A DNA stretch of 64,000 nucleotides, taken from the IMG/VR virus record IMGVR_UViG_3300033485_000006, positions 25,402 through 89,401 of that record; one strand, written 5' to 3'. Each line of letters starts with the position of its first letter. Position 1 is the stretch's first letter. A program made the position numbers and the translations under genes. Shown here in pieces: positions 1-9,434 of this stretch. The notes beneath the pieces are model-generated. The model saw nothing but the letters and a program-made list of their open reading frames with translations. It was not told the DNA's origin and did no database searches. This DNA comes from a virus (lineage: Duplodnaviria; Heunggongvirae; Uroviricota; Caudoviricetes).

Positions 1-1
1 A

Positions 2-151
2 GGATTTATTACTGGTAAACCTATTGATATTAATATCACTACAGTATTAGCTGCATATTTTGGTGGGGTCTATGGAGTAAGTAAAGGTTTTACAGTAGTA
101 AAATCTTATATGGATAAAAGGAAAAATAAAGATGAGCTTATTACTGAATAA
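2..151 (+). CDS. partial CDS (5' end outside window); holin-like C-terminus
   Basis: Frame 2 is open from the window start to a TAA at 149-151. It translates to ...ITTVLAAYFGGVYGVSKGF (hydrophobic TM-like) followed by a highly charged tail KSYMDKRKNKDELITE, as in holin C-termini. It lies directly upstream of a spanin pair. Confidence 0.35.
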   Translation, partial: GFITGKPIDINITTVLAAYFGGVYGVSKGFTVVKSYMDKRKNKDELITE

Positions 152-515
152 TATTTGGAAGTATATCTCTGGTTTGATGTTTGCTTTGCTAGTAGCTATT
201 AGTATTGCTTACTATATACAAGGCAATAAATTAGATACTGTTAATAGTAAATTAGAGAAGTCACTCGTTGATAATAAACTATTAGAGATTCAGAAAGATT
301 TATTAATTAATACTATTGGTATACAGAATGATGCCATGGATAAAATTACTATCTCTGAGAAGAAGAATACTGACGTGTATCATGAGCGTGCCATAGAGCT
401 ATCTAGAAGCCTCGAGAAGGAAAAGCTAAGAGTAAGAGACCTTAATGGTTCTGCTGACTGTACAGAGGCTTCTAGGATAATTAAAAGGATTATTGATGCG
501 AACACTTCTATTTAG
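132..515 (+). CDS. i-spanin (Rz-like)
   Basis: 127 aa. N-terminal TM (IWKYISGLMFALLVAISIAYYI) followed by a long coiled-coil-like charged region. An embedded, overlapping lipoprotein ORF follows at its 3' end. Confidence 0.65.
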   Translation: MSLLLNNIWKYISGLMFALLVAISIAYYIQGNKLDTVNSKLEKSLVDNKLLEIQKDLLINTIGIQNDAMDKITISEKKNTDVYHERAIELSRSLEKEKLRVRDLNGSADCTEASRIIKRIIDANTSI

Positions 516-717
516 TTTTATAGCTATGATTATGTTTTCTGGATGTATACCTAAAATAGTTTATGTAGATAGACCAGTAGTTGTTAAGGTACCTATTAGA
601 TGTAAAATTCCTGAGGTTAAACCATTAGTGTATGGTAAGAATATGTCTGAGTCAACTATTAATATTGAAGAGTACATTAGGAATCTAGAAAATGCTCTAA
701 GAGCATGTAAGGATTAA
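493..717 (+). CDS. o-spanin (Rz1-like outer-membrane lipoprotein)
   Basis: 74 aa. Signal peptide plus lipobox (AMIMFSGC), then a Pro-rich short mature region with Cys. The start lies inside the end of the i-spanin gene in another frame (overlapped architecture). Confidence 0.65.
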   Translation: MMRTLLFSFIAMIMFSGCIPKIVYVDRPVVVKVPIRCKIPEVKPLVYGKNMSESTINIEEYIRNLENALRACKD

Positions 718-719
718 TT

Positions 720-878
720 ATGCCATGCAATAAATGTAGTAATGGTAAATGGCAAATTGGTGCTAAGGGGCCTTGTGCATTCCTAACTAAAGAACAGTGT
801 GAAAGAGCTTTAGCAGCTATATATGCTACTGTTAATAAAATAAAGGATTTATATGCCACACTCAAAGGTAACTGCTAG
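720..878 (+). CDS. small Cys-containing hypothetical protein (52 aa)
   Basis: ATG at 720 with AAGGA 7 nt upstream; open to TAG 876-878 by manual translation (MPCNKCSNGKWQIGAKGPCAF...). Below the ORF-track size cutoff. Confidence 0.25.
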   Translation: MPCNKCSNGKWQIGAKGPCAFLTKEQCERALAAIYATVNKIKDLYATLKGNC

Positions 879-2052
879 AAATATCTTAGCACCTATAAAA
901 GATAGGGATAGACAAGAACTACTTGGTCTTACAGATTTAGTAGGTGATGCTTGGGGTAGGCAAAAAATTGTTAGTGACTATTCATTATTTCAAGCTCTAT
1001 GGACTTTTGAAGTCCCAAGTACTATATGGCTAGAATACGTAAATGGGGTGGAGAGCCCTATTACAAATTTTACTAGTTTTAATGGTATGTTAAGTGCAGT
1101 TGGTGCTAATGGGGTTACAAGATTACTTAGGTCTAGACGCTCACCACGATATCAAACTAATCGTGGGCACTTATTTAGTACCTCAGTTATCCTACCTACT
1201 GGTGCTAATTCTAGTGTATATAGATTTGGAATGTATAATGACCATTCTGGTGTGTTCTTTAAGATGACTAATGGACAACTATTTGCATGTCGTAGAACAC
1301 TGATTGGTACTACTATAACAACAATTGAGGAATTAATTCAAACTCCAGAAGGATTTGATTTTACTAAGGGTAATCTATATGACATCCAAATGCAATGGAG
1401 AGGTGTTGGTAATATTTATTTTTATATAAACCAGCAATTAATCCATACAATGAAGTTACTTGGTACATTAGTTAATGTATCTATATCTATTCCATCATTA
1501 CCAGTTAGTTTTGAAATTATCGGTACTGGAACTATGTATTCAGGTTGTGTTGACCTAGCTAGTGAAGGTGGTGGTCAAAGTGTCCGACAACGAGGTACTG
1601 TTGATAGTGGGGAAATATCACTATCTGCGATTGAAGTTCCAGTATTATTAGTATTTATCCCAAATACTATTACTTATAATACTAATTCTATTATGAATAG
1701 TAGAGACGTAGCACTGAGACGTATGAGTGCATTCTGTGATGTTAATAGTACACTTAAAGTATATACTACAAGAACAGCCACTAAATTCACTGGAACTACA
1801 TTTAGTAATTACGATACTTTAGGGACGATTAAATATGCAGTAAATGGTCAGATTGTACTTGATAATTTAACTACTAATATTAGTAGAGTATTAACTCGTA
1901 GACTACCTGCAAATATTAGTATTGATATTAATAATCCTGATGACCAATATGGTGAATTTTATATAACCCATGGGGACTACATATTAGTTACAATGCAAGC
2001 AAAGAATGTTGCTTTAGGTGGTGTCTCAATTGAATGGGGACAAGATACATAA
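853..2052 (+). CDS. hypothetical protein (399 aa), possibly virion/structural
   Basis: Long ORF with GGA RBS-like sequence upstream. No recognisable enzymatic motif; Ser/Thr/Asn/Gly-rich. Confidence 0.5.
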   Translation: MPHSKVTARNILAPIKDRDRQELLGLTDLVGDAWGRQKIVSDYSLFQALWTFEVPSTIWLEYVNGVESPITNFTSFNGMLSAVGANGVTRLLRSRRSPRYQTNRGHLFSTSVILPTGANSSVYRFGMYNDHSGVFFKMTNGQLFACRRTLIGTTITTIEELIQTPEGFDFTKGNLYDIQMQWRGVGNIYFYINQQLIHTMKLLGTLVNVSISIPSLPVSFEIIGTGTMYSGCVDLASEGGGQSVRQRGTVDSGEISLSAIEVPVLLVFIPNTITYNTNSIMNSRDVALRRMSAFCDVNSTLKVYTTRTATKFTGTTFSNYDTLGTIKYAVNGQIVLDNLTTNISRVLTRRLPANISIDINNPDDQYGEFYITHGDYILVTMQAKNVALGGVSIEWGQDT

Positions 2053-2065
2053 TAAAAGGAAATAA

Positions 2066-2500
2066 ATGTTATTAGAATCTATGGTAGGAAATCTGAAGAT
2101 TTTTCAAGATAATCCAAAAGGTACGTATAGAGGAATTCGCAGAGAGTTTTTCCCACTTTGGAATGGTTGGGAAATGTTAGAGCAAGGTCGTAGTATACAA
2201 GAGATTGATACTGCAGTAGAAGAATTTTATATAAATTTTTATTATTATCACCTTAAGTTAGACTTATTGGAAAACCAAAATATAGCCTATATTCTATTAA
2301 ACTTTGCAACACTGCATGGCAAAAAGAAATGTCTGCAGAAATTGCAAAAAGTATCTGGAGGTATTGATAAATTTAATGCCCTTGGTAAAGCTGGAGAATA
2401 CCAGCTTATAATTGAAATACTAGATTTCTATGAATATATTAGGAGCACAGATACCAAATGGGTATTTGATGCTTATAGTAAATTACTCATCACCAACTAA
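2066..2500 (+). CDS. hypothetical protein (144 aa)
   Basis: ORF follows the 399 aa gene with an AAAGGAAATAAATG RBS. No motif recognised. Confidence 0.45.
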   Translation: MLLESMVGNLKIFQDNPKGTYRGIRREFFPLWNGWEMLEQGRSIQEIDTAVEEFYINFYYYHLKLDLLENQNIAYILLNFATLHGKKKCLQKLQKVSGGIDKFNALGKAGEYQLIIEILDFYEYIRSTDTKWVFDAYSKLLITN

Positions 2501-3757
2501 TTTGATATAATCAATCTTACCTGTTGGTGTTATAGTACCTATAGTTTGCCCCCAATCTAATCCTAGAAAACCATTAGTATGACAATAACCATTGATTCCA
2601 GTAAGTGAACCATTAGTTATATACTTACCACTATTTGGCATTTCTTCTATAGAAAACTTATGGGTATGCCCTTGGAATATATTATCTGGAACTAGGCCAG
2701 TAGTTTGTCTAAAGGCCTCCTTAACTCTAAGGAATTTCATATCTCCTGAGAATCTAAACATATCCCCATGGTGCAATCCAATAGTTTTCCCATTACAATT
2801 AAATGCTAGTAAACCAGTAGTACTAATTTCAATTTTAATATTAGTGTACGCTGCTAGTTGTGCTTTAAGGATTTGATGGAATAAATATTCGAAGTTAAAT
2901 CCTTGTCCAGTTGCTTTCTTATGTTCAGATATTCTACCATGATTACCATGAATACATGGCATATAAACTTCTTCATATATACTAGACATTACAATTAAAT
3001 AACCAGATAGTATAGTTGCTAGTTCAGCTACAGCTTCACCTAGTGGCTTTGTAGTTGATTCAAGCGTATCATGTATAATACCACTGAAAATATCCCCACC
3101 AGACATAACAACTATCTTTTTCTCACCACGATAACTTCTAACAGACTCACTAAATACTCTTCCTAATCTTACCTTCGCAATGTCCCAATTAAACTCATTA
3201 GCTTGCCCGACATCTTTACGACTAATAGCTTCCTCAAAGTGTAAGTCACTTAGTAGTATAAATTGTGTGTACCCAGAGTAATTCTTTATACTTCTAGGTG
3301 GCACACCTATAGCGATATTCTGTGGTTTCAACATATTTACTTTAGCAACCGTATCATTCATGATTTGTTCATAAGTAGACTTCTCAATATCTTCATGGAG
3401 TTGAGATTTGTATTTACTAATTTGAGCCTTAGCAGTTATTAATTGTTTTTCTTTACCAACAACTTCTTTACTAAGATGGTCTAGGATACTATGAGCTTCT
3501 TCCAGTTCATTACTAATAAGACTTGTAGAAGACTCATCAAATCTTGTTAAGTATAATGAGTAATCTCCAGCACGGAACTTCTTTGGTAATCTTAAATTAA
3601 GTGTACTAGCATAAGTTCTGACTAAATACTCCTTACACCCTAGAATACTCGCCATCTCTTCTGTAGATTTCTTTTCTTTGTACACGTCAAGAAATTCATC
3701 AACCGTAACACCATATCTATTCTCTAATTCAACCTTAAGCTTCTCAACTTGTGTCAT
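2483..3757 (-). CDS. calcineurin-like metallophosphoesterase with N-terminal HTH/coiled-coil region
   Basis: C-terminal half has metallophosphatase motifs (GDIFSG, GNHG, GHTHK, GLHHGD). The N-terminus (KEYLVRTYASTLNL) is HTH-like. Confidence 0.55.
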   Translation of the reverse strand: MTQVEKLKVELENRYGVTVDEFLDVYKEKKSTEEMASILGCKEYLVRTYASTLNLRLPKKFRAGDYSLYLTRFDESSTSLISNELEEAHSILDHLSKEVVGKEKQLITAKAQISKYKSQLHEDIEKSTYEQIMNDTVAKVNMLKPQNIAIGVPPRSIKNYSGYTQFILLSDLHFEEAISRKDVGQANEFNWDIAKVRLGRVFSESVRSYRGEKKIVVMSGGDIFSGIIHDTLESTTKPLGEAVAELATILSGYLIVMSSIYEEVYMPCIHGNHGRISEHKKATGQGFNFEYLFHQILKAQLAAYTNIKIEISTTGLLAFNCNGKTIGLHHGDMFRFSGDMKFLRVKEAFRQTTGLVPDNIFQGHTHKFSIEEMPNSGKYITNGSLTGINGYCHTNGFLGLDWGQTIGTITPTGKIDYIKLVGDE

Positions 3758-3780
3758 CTTTGTCCTTTTGTTATCTATTA

Positions 3781-4656
3781 TTAATATTTAGATTTACTTA
3801 GTATGTCTATAGTAAATAGTTCAGTATTACCACTAGTTAATACCTTTGATCCCTTATATTGAAATTCCTTATACTCTCGTAATATCCTACGCTCTTCATT
3901 ATAGCACTCATTACCATTACTAAATTCTTTAGTCCACACTATATCTATAATATCTAGGTCCTCTAATGGGAATCTTTCTCTAACTGTACGATTCGTAATA
4001 CCTATCTTCCATAATGTGATACCACTAGTAGTTACTTTCAGATAATATAGTATACCAGGTTTATTTTTATTAAACCCAAATCTGGCACACTTTGGACAAC
4101 CTTTACCACTTAAATGGTTTGGTGGTGTCTGTAAGAACTCACCATGCTCTCTACAGTTAATTACTACTTTTATATCGGAGCGACTATAAATAGTGTTGCT
4201 GTAGTCGTACGTGAAATTATGTACATTATTAGCAGATAAAATAAAATCATTCTGATTAGAGAATAGCGCAGCATTAGCACACTTTTTACATCCCTGACCA
4301 TTTAAATGGTTATTTGGGGTTTGTAGAAACTCCCCGTGTAATTTGCATGTAATTATTACTTTATCTTTAGAACCAATATATTCCGTATTACTATAATCAT
4401 ATACATCACCATGTATATTAATAGCTCTAGTAATGAATTTTTCATTATTTAGAAACTGACGAACATCAGCACATTTTTTACATCCATGGCCTAATAAGTG
4501 GTGTCGTGGGTACTGAGTGAATTCCCCATGTGTTCTACATATAATAACTACTTTTTTATTCGTGGTAGTGTACTCTGTATTTTGATAATCATAAGTATCG
4601 CCATGTATACTAATAGCATTACTGATAAAAATAGCGGTATCCATTAATTTCCACAC
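3781..4656 (-). CDS. T5orf172/GIY-YIG-like domain protein with three N-terminal zinc-ribbon repeats (HEG-like)
   Basis: Three repeats of ~HG(D/E)xYDYxNTxY...HGEFxQxPxxHLxGxGCxKCA. The C-terminus (ILYYLKV...LWKIGITNRTVRERF...GNTELF) matches the T5orf172 (PF10544) pattern. Confidence 0.55.
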   Translation of the reverse strand: MWKLMDTAIFISNAISIHGDTYDYQNTEYTTTNKKVVIICRTHGEFTQYPRHHLLGHGCKKCADVRQFLNNEKFITRAINIHGDVYDYSNTEYIGSKDKVIITCKLHGEFLQTPNNHLNGQGCKKCANAALFSNQNDFILSANNVHNFTYDYSNTIYSRSDIKVVINCREHGEFLQTPPNHLSGKGCPKCARFGFNKNKPGILYYLKVTTSGITLWKIGITNRTVRERFPLEDLDIIDIVWTKEFSNGNECYNEERRILREYKEFQYKGSKVLTSGNTELFTIDILSKSKY

Positions 4657-5045
4657 CTAAGAAGTCTTACTGCTATACATTTATTTAAATACTCCGGGTC
4701 ACAAAGTACGTTCCTCATAACTTGTTCTTTCAATTCATGGAAAGTTGCACAAGTCTTACTATTACACCACATAAGAATTTCTCTCTTAGTTAACTTACCA
4801 CCATCCTTAAGCATTGCTTTAACATGTAGTGATGAACTCAGATATTTCTTCCAGTTACTCTCGGTAATCACAATCTTTCTTCTTGCAGACCCTGTAACCT
4901 TAGTTCTACGTGCAGATGTTAATTGTTTCTTTCCAATATACTTCCATAACTTACCAAGTTTATCAGTAATTTCTAGGTAATATACGAAAGCTACTGCACC
5001 AACTGGTGGTTCTGCCTCTTTTTCTTTAAAAGTCCAATTAATCAC
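4644..5045 (-). CDS. GIY-YIG nuclease domain protein (Seg/I-TevI-like catalytic domain only)
   Basis: FVYYLE...GKLWKYIGKK (GIY...YIG), conserved Arg cluster (SARRTKV), and ITESNWKKYL resembling I-TevI ERENFWIKEL. At 133 aa it is the catalytic domain only, lacking a DNA-binding domain. Confidence 0.5.
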   Translation of the reverse strand: MINWTFKEKEAEPPVGAVAFVYYLEITDKLGKLWKYIGKKQLTSARRTKVTGSARRKIVITESNWKKYLSSSLHVKAMLKDGGKLTKREILMWCNSKTCATFHELKEQVMRNVLCDPEYLNKCIAVRLLRCGN

Positions 5046-5105
5046 AAAATAACCCCGTAATCTTTACTAATATAAATATGACTATAAGTAATCCAATAGC
5101 AGTAG

Positions 5106-6074
5106 TCATCGTTTATTTCTAACTCTACTTGTAACTTTACTCGTAGTTTCTTCTGAGAATTTATATAAAGTTTTTGTATGTTCAATAAGTATATCATATA
5201 TAGATACCTTTTTCTTAACCATCTGTTTAATTTCGACTTCCTCATTTGTCTCATCTATAACTAATTTAGGGACTAACTCGCAGGTAACCTGTGGATGCCG
5301 TATGAGTTTGCTAAATTCATCTAGTAAATCAGTGATTGTAACCTTATATAAGTTATCGTCATCTAATGTTTTAACCCATTGGTTATGCTCTTGTATACTA
5401 GAAAAACTTTTAATATCTTTGTACGGTAACTCTTCTCTATGCCTAGTAACTTCTAGTGTCTCAGTATCTACTACGAGCCAACCATTAGTCTTCTTATATT
5501 TTGTGTAATGATTATGCGTGGGTTCAGAGGTATACCAGATATTTTCATATGGTTTATGCGGACTATGAATATCACCAAGAACTACTAACTTAAACTTCTC
5601 TGATAATTCCTTAAAGTTAATCTCTTCAATAATATATGGTGGTATTGTACACCTAGCATGGGTAAATAGTAGGTTACATTTAGTAGTGTGTATTTGGTTA
5701 TGTGTGAATCCAACGATATTACTCCAACCAACAAATACTATATTATCTATCTCTGTAATACCTTCATAATACTTAAAGTCTTTTTCTGGTAGAAATTTAA
5801 ATGTGGTTGAATCATGATTACCATCAATTATAATAATATTGGTGAAGTGTTCTGATAGGTCGTGAATAAACCCATAGAATAATTTTATTTCTTTTAGGGA
5901 TGGATTATTTTTATCGAAGACATCTCCAAGTAGATACAATGAGAATATATTTGGATGTTTTGTTTTTAATGCAGTGGAGAGTTTTGAAAGCCTATTTGTT
6001 TCAAATACTAATTGATTACTTACTTTAATATGTAGGTCACCAAGGCATATAGCCTTAGATGCACTAGTAGACAT
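5106..6074 (-). CDS. SbcD/Mre11-like recombination nuclease (T4 gp47-like)
   Basis: Metallophosphoesterase motifs CLGDLH, LLGDVFD and IIDGNHD, with an SbcC-like ATPase nearby. Confidence 0.75.
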   Translation of the reverse strand: MSTSASKAICLGDLHIKVSNQLVFETNRLSKLSTALKTKHPNIFSLYLLGDVFDKNNPSLKEIKLFYGFIHDLSEHFTNIIIIDGNHDSTTFKFLPEKDFKYYEGITEIDNIVFVGWSNIVGFTHNQIHTTKCNLLFTHARCTIPPYIIEEINFKELSEKFKLVVLGDIHSPHKPYENIWYTSEPTHNHYTKYKKTNGWLVVDTETLEVTRHREELPYKDIKSFSSIQEHNQWVKTLDDDNLYKVTITDLLDEFSKLIRHPQVTCELVPKLVIDETNEEVEIKQMVKKKVSIYDILIEHTKTLYKFSEETTSKVTSRVRNKR

Positions 6075-6655
6075 TAGTCAACCCAATCTTCAGTTGCTCC
6101 TGTAGTATTGGTATCATCAGCAGAGAATGTACCCTCATCTTCGTAACCATCAAAGGCGTCAGCTCCGTAGTTTGGTACATCAATGATTTTAATTCCATTC
6201 AAACGAAGAACGATACCTTTATACATACCAGAACTCACAATCTCTACACCAACCTGTAGACGAATCTTACTACGATTTGGGATAGCTGAGATACTATCAA
6301 ACTTTACAGGTTTACCAGCACTATCAAATAGATTTGGTGGATATTTAATTGAGGTCTTAGCCTTAATAATCATATCTCCTGTAGGATTCCCTTCACGGTC
6401 TACAGATTCTTTTACAGGCCATGCTGCTTTATCAAATGGTAAAACCATTTTAGTGCCATCAGCTTGTGCTTTCTCGTATAGAGCTTTTACCTCAGTTTGG
6501 AATGCAGTAAATTCATCAGCAGTGATAATAAGACTTGTTTCATACTTATTCTCATCATACTGAGATGCATTTGGTACTGAACAGTATAGTGCTGAGCCAA
6601 CTACTGTTACGATTCTGCCTAATTTGTTTGATTCAATTTTTGGTGCTGTTGCCAT
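6074..6655 (-). CDS. putative ssDNA-binding protein
   Basis: 193 aa with a strongly acidic C-terminal tail ending DEGTFSADDTNTTGATEDWVD (SSB-like). Located inside the recombination-nuclease cluster. No direct fold evidence. Confidence 0.3.
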   Translation of the reverse strand: MATAPKIESNKLGRIVTVVGSALYCSVPNASQYDENKYETSLIITADEFTAFQTEVKALYEKAQADGTKMVLPFDKAAWPVKESVDREGNPTGDMIIKAKTSIKYPPNLFDSAGKPVKFDSISAIPNRSKIRLQVGVEIVSSGMYKGIVLRLNGIKIIDVPNYGADAFDGYEDEGTFSADDTNTTGATEDWVD

Positions 6656-6809
6656 TTGTTATTTCCTTTGCCCTACTGGGACTTATAAATTTTATCAACC
6701 AGAAGTTTAACTTCAACTTATTTTTATCAACCTTAACTTAAACCTTAATAACTACAACATACCTCTCCTTTTCTTGAGTATACACATTATACCTGAAGTA
6801 ACCTTAAAT

Positions 6810-7466
6810 CTAGCTTAAAATAGCTTTTTGGTATTCAATAAATGGTAATGGGTACTCTTCTCGTATACTCTCGTATAGCTCTTGTTTAAGTACATAATAT
6901 ATAGTACTACCAGTTCGTAGTATCTCCCAATCTTTATACCTAAAATTAAATGGTTTATCAATAAACTTTTTAAAGTTTAGATAAGTAATAGGTACAATAA
7001 AATTCTCTCTTCTAAACTCAGTGTACTCTATAAGTTCTTGTACACATCTCCAGCAGAGTTCCTTTGTACTTACTACACCACATAATGAACATGTAGTTGT
7101 CCATGCGCTTACTCTAGATGTAACCTTGAGTGTTACAGGAGTATACCCTAAGACTTCCTGCAGTTTATCCCTAGTAGTTTGTGGTATGATATTAGAAGCT
7201 AATAGGAATATTACATAGTACATCTCTGATGGAATTGTTAAGAAATACACGGCACATATGATATTATCTAGAGTACCTTTATATGAATACTTAGTTGGAC
7301 CAATAGATACCTTATCCTTATTATCTAGTATTGCTTTTCTAGTATCTGGATTATGAGTGTAACTAAGGACTAACTTAATATCTTTATATGTGTACCCAAG
7401 ATTAAATAGGATATTATATCGTTCTTTTATAGATGACTCTTCTAATAACTGTAGGTATTCTATCAT
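6810..7466 (-). CDS. hypothetical protein with CxxC...CWRC zinc-binding motif
   Basis: 218 aa ORF with a 4-nt overlap to the upstream gene. Contains Cys pairs CSLCG...CWRC. Confidence 0.45.
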   Translation of the reverse strand: MIEYLQLLEESSIKERYNILFNLGYTYKDIKLVLSYTHNPDTRKAILDNKDKVSIGPTKYSYKGTLDNIICAVYFLTIPSEMYYVIFLLASNIIPQTTRDKLQEVLGYTPVTLKVTSRVSAWTTTCSLCGVVSTKELCWRCVQELIEYTEFRRENFIVPITYLNFKKFIDKPFNFRYKDWEILRTGSTIYYVLKQELYESIREEYPLPFIEYQKAILS

Positions 7467-9067
7467 GCTTCTCCTATCATAACAGATGATAATCCACCTG
7501 TCTTTTCTACAACTACCTCATAGTCATAGTTAATCAAATCTAATTCTTTACCATGTGTGATAATAAATATCGACTGACCAAGACCTTTAAGGTAACTAAA
7601 TAACCTCTGCATCTCTTGTGCACCAGAAGCATCCAATGAACTAGACGCCTCATCTATTGATAGAAAGTTATCATCAGACTCTGTGATTGCTTTCATTGCG
7701 TCTAGTAAGCTAATGAGTATCAGAAGTGATAGTCTAGTCTTCTCACCATTACTTAGAGAATCTATAGGGATTTGTACTTTATCTTGCTGGATAGTTATAC
7801 ACATACCTAATTTATCATTACCAACTACAATATCAAACTGTTCAAGATTAATTAGTTCAGAGTAATGTTTAATCTTATACTGAACGACACCAAAGAATTT
7901 ATCAAGTATATTTTGTACTACCTTACCAGACTTAATCTCTTTACGGGCACTTGCAGTAAATGCTAATTGTTGTTCATAATCAGTTAAAGTTTCTTTAAGC
8001 CCACCTTTTTCTTTTGGGATTAACTCAAGGTTACTTATCTCAGAGGCAATTCCGAGGTCTTGCTGTAGCTTATTTATAGATATAGTTAATTCATCCTTAG
8101 CATCAAGGTATTTCTTAGTTAGTATACTAAGCTTACCAGATACCTTACTATACATACTCTGGGTCTGTAATAACTGACTATTCGCGTCCTCTAATTGTTT
8201 AGCCATAGCTACTAGTACTTCTTGATTTAGTAGCGTTGTGCCACACATAGAACATATACCAGATTTCATAGATGTTTTTGTCTGATGGATAGTTTGTTCT
8301 AATTTAGCTATGATATTTTGATGTTCTACTACATCATCCTTAAGTTGTACAGATAGTTCTTGGTAGCGAGCCTCAAGCATACTTAATTCATCTTTAGTCA
8401 CACTTAATGTTTCCTCTAAACTATCCTTATCAAATCTATTACTTAGTAAGAGTATCTTTTCATATTCCTCGGCATCCTTGAGATTTTTACGGGTTTCAAT
8501 AATAGATACTTCTAATTCTTTACTAACTTCTCGTAGCACTTTATCAATTTCTTGTAATTCAACTACATGAAGAATATCATTGAATAAGGTTGGTTGACTA
8601 AGGTTCTGTGTTAATTCAGTTACAGTACGGCTTGTGATATAATGTGTTACCTTAAATGTTTCAAAACCAACCCCAAGTATTTCTTCAATAACTGGTAGGC
8701 AGTTAGTAACGCCAACTGCTATTACATCATCACCACTTGTTATCTGCATTTTCTTTGGTAGTGACCTATCATTTATTATAGTATAATCTGTACTCTCACT
8801 ATTTTTTGTGTTAGTTAACTCAAGGATTATACTATAAGGTTTCTTAGAGGTTCTGTTATTCAGATGGTCTAGGTTAACCCCAGTTAAATCCCTGTTGTAT
8901 AAGCAAAGTATTAGTGCTTGTAGGAATGTACTTTTACCAGCACCATTAGATATATACTTATCATCATTATTAATACCACGGACTTTATATAGTCCAGCCT
9001 CAAATAAGATTTCAGCTGAACCTATAGTCTTATAGTTATTAATCGTTAGTTTCTTGTAATTTACCAT
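7463..9067 (-). CDS. SbcC/Rad50-like recombination ATPase (T4 gp46-like)
   Basis: N-terminal Walker A (NGAGKST), a long coiled-coil middle with a CxxC zinc hook (CSMCG), C-terminal ABC signature/Walker B (LSIDEASSSLD) and a D-loop. Confidence 0.75.
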   Translation of the reverse strand: MVNYKKLTINNYKTIGSAEILFEAGLYKVRGINNDDKYISNGAGKSTFLQALILCLYNRDLTGVNLDHLNNRTSKKPYSIILELTNTKNSESTDYTIINDRSLPKKMQITSGDDVIAVGVTNCLPVIEEILGVGFETFKVTHYITSRTVTELTQNLSQPTLFNDILHVVELQEIDKVLREVSKELEVSIIETRKNLKDAEEYEKILLLSNRFDKDSLEETLSVTKDELSMLEARYQELSVQLKDDVVEHQNIIAKLEQTIHQTKTSMKSGICSMCGTTLLNQEVLVAMAKQLEDANSQLLQTQSMYSKVSGKLSILTKKYLDAKDELTISINKLQQDLGIASEISNLELIPKEKGGLKETLTDYEQQLAFTASARKEIKSGKVVQNILDKFFGVVQYKIKHYSELINLEQFDIVVGNDKLGMCITIQQDKVQIPIDSLSNGEKTRLSLLILISLLDAMKAITESDDNFLSIDEASSSLDASGAQEMQRLFSYLKGLGQSIFIITHGKELDLINYDYEVVVEKTGGLSSVMIGEA

Positions 9068-9434
9068 ACTTCCTCTTTAATAAATTATCCTTAATAAGCC
9101 TAAGCCTCTTGAAGTGATGTGCGAGTAGGAATTGACCAAAACCTTTAGGGTCTTCGTCATGTTCAAGTAGGTTATCAAGATATGGATTAGTACGTTTCTT
9201 AATAATTAATCTATCAGATGAATCAAGTCCAATTGTTAATGTAACCATATCTAATTGTAATGTACCTCTATCTATAAGAGTCATGAGCATAGCTGCTTGC
9301 ATAATATCTATGAATACCTTAGCTTCATTATACGTACAACCCATAAGATTTGCTACATTGTATCTTGAACTGTATTTCCCAGTATAATAATGAAGTCCAG
9401 TCAGCTTTCTTAGGTTGATATTAGTATTAGCCAT
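9039..9434 (-). CDS. hypothetical protein (131 aa)
   Basis: ORF in the operon context. No motif recognised. Confidence 0.4.
   Translation of the reverse strand: MANTNINLRKLTGLHYYTGKYSSRYNVANLMGCTYNEAKVFIDIMQAAMLMTLIDRGTLQLDMVTLTIGLDSSDRLIIKKRTNPYLDNLLEHDEDPKGFGQFLLAHHFKRLRLIKDNLLKRKYGKLQETND

Noticed and set aside
2592-2876. Plus-strand ORFs lying antisense inside minus-strand genes (e.g. 2592-2876, 6183-6563, 9737-10168, 12422-12913, 13650-13892, 14378-14719, 15665-15943, 27103-27300, 36828-37357, 40057-40254, 42988-43329, 46558-46815, 48712-49059, 50893-51339, 61030-61371).
   Set aside because: They are fully embedded antisense in well-supported genes with recognisable domains. They show low-complexity translations and no RBS. 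They were treated as spurious.
5042-5254. A 70 aa minus-strand ORF overlapping the 3' part of the Mre11-like gene in another frame. Similar cases are 677-865, 11742-11924, 27705-27923, 40496-40717, 35859-36044 and 36207-36413.
   Set aside because: Out-of-frame overlaps with better-supported genes or with tRNA sequence; probably non-coding.
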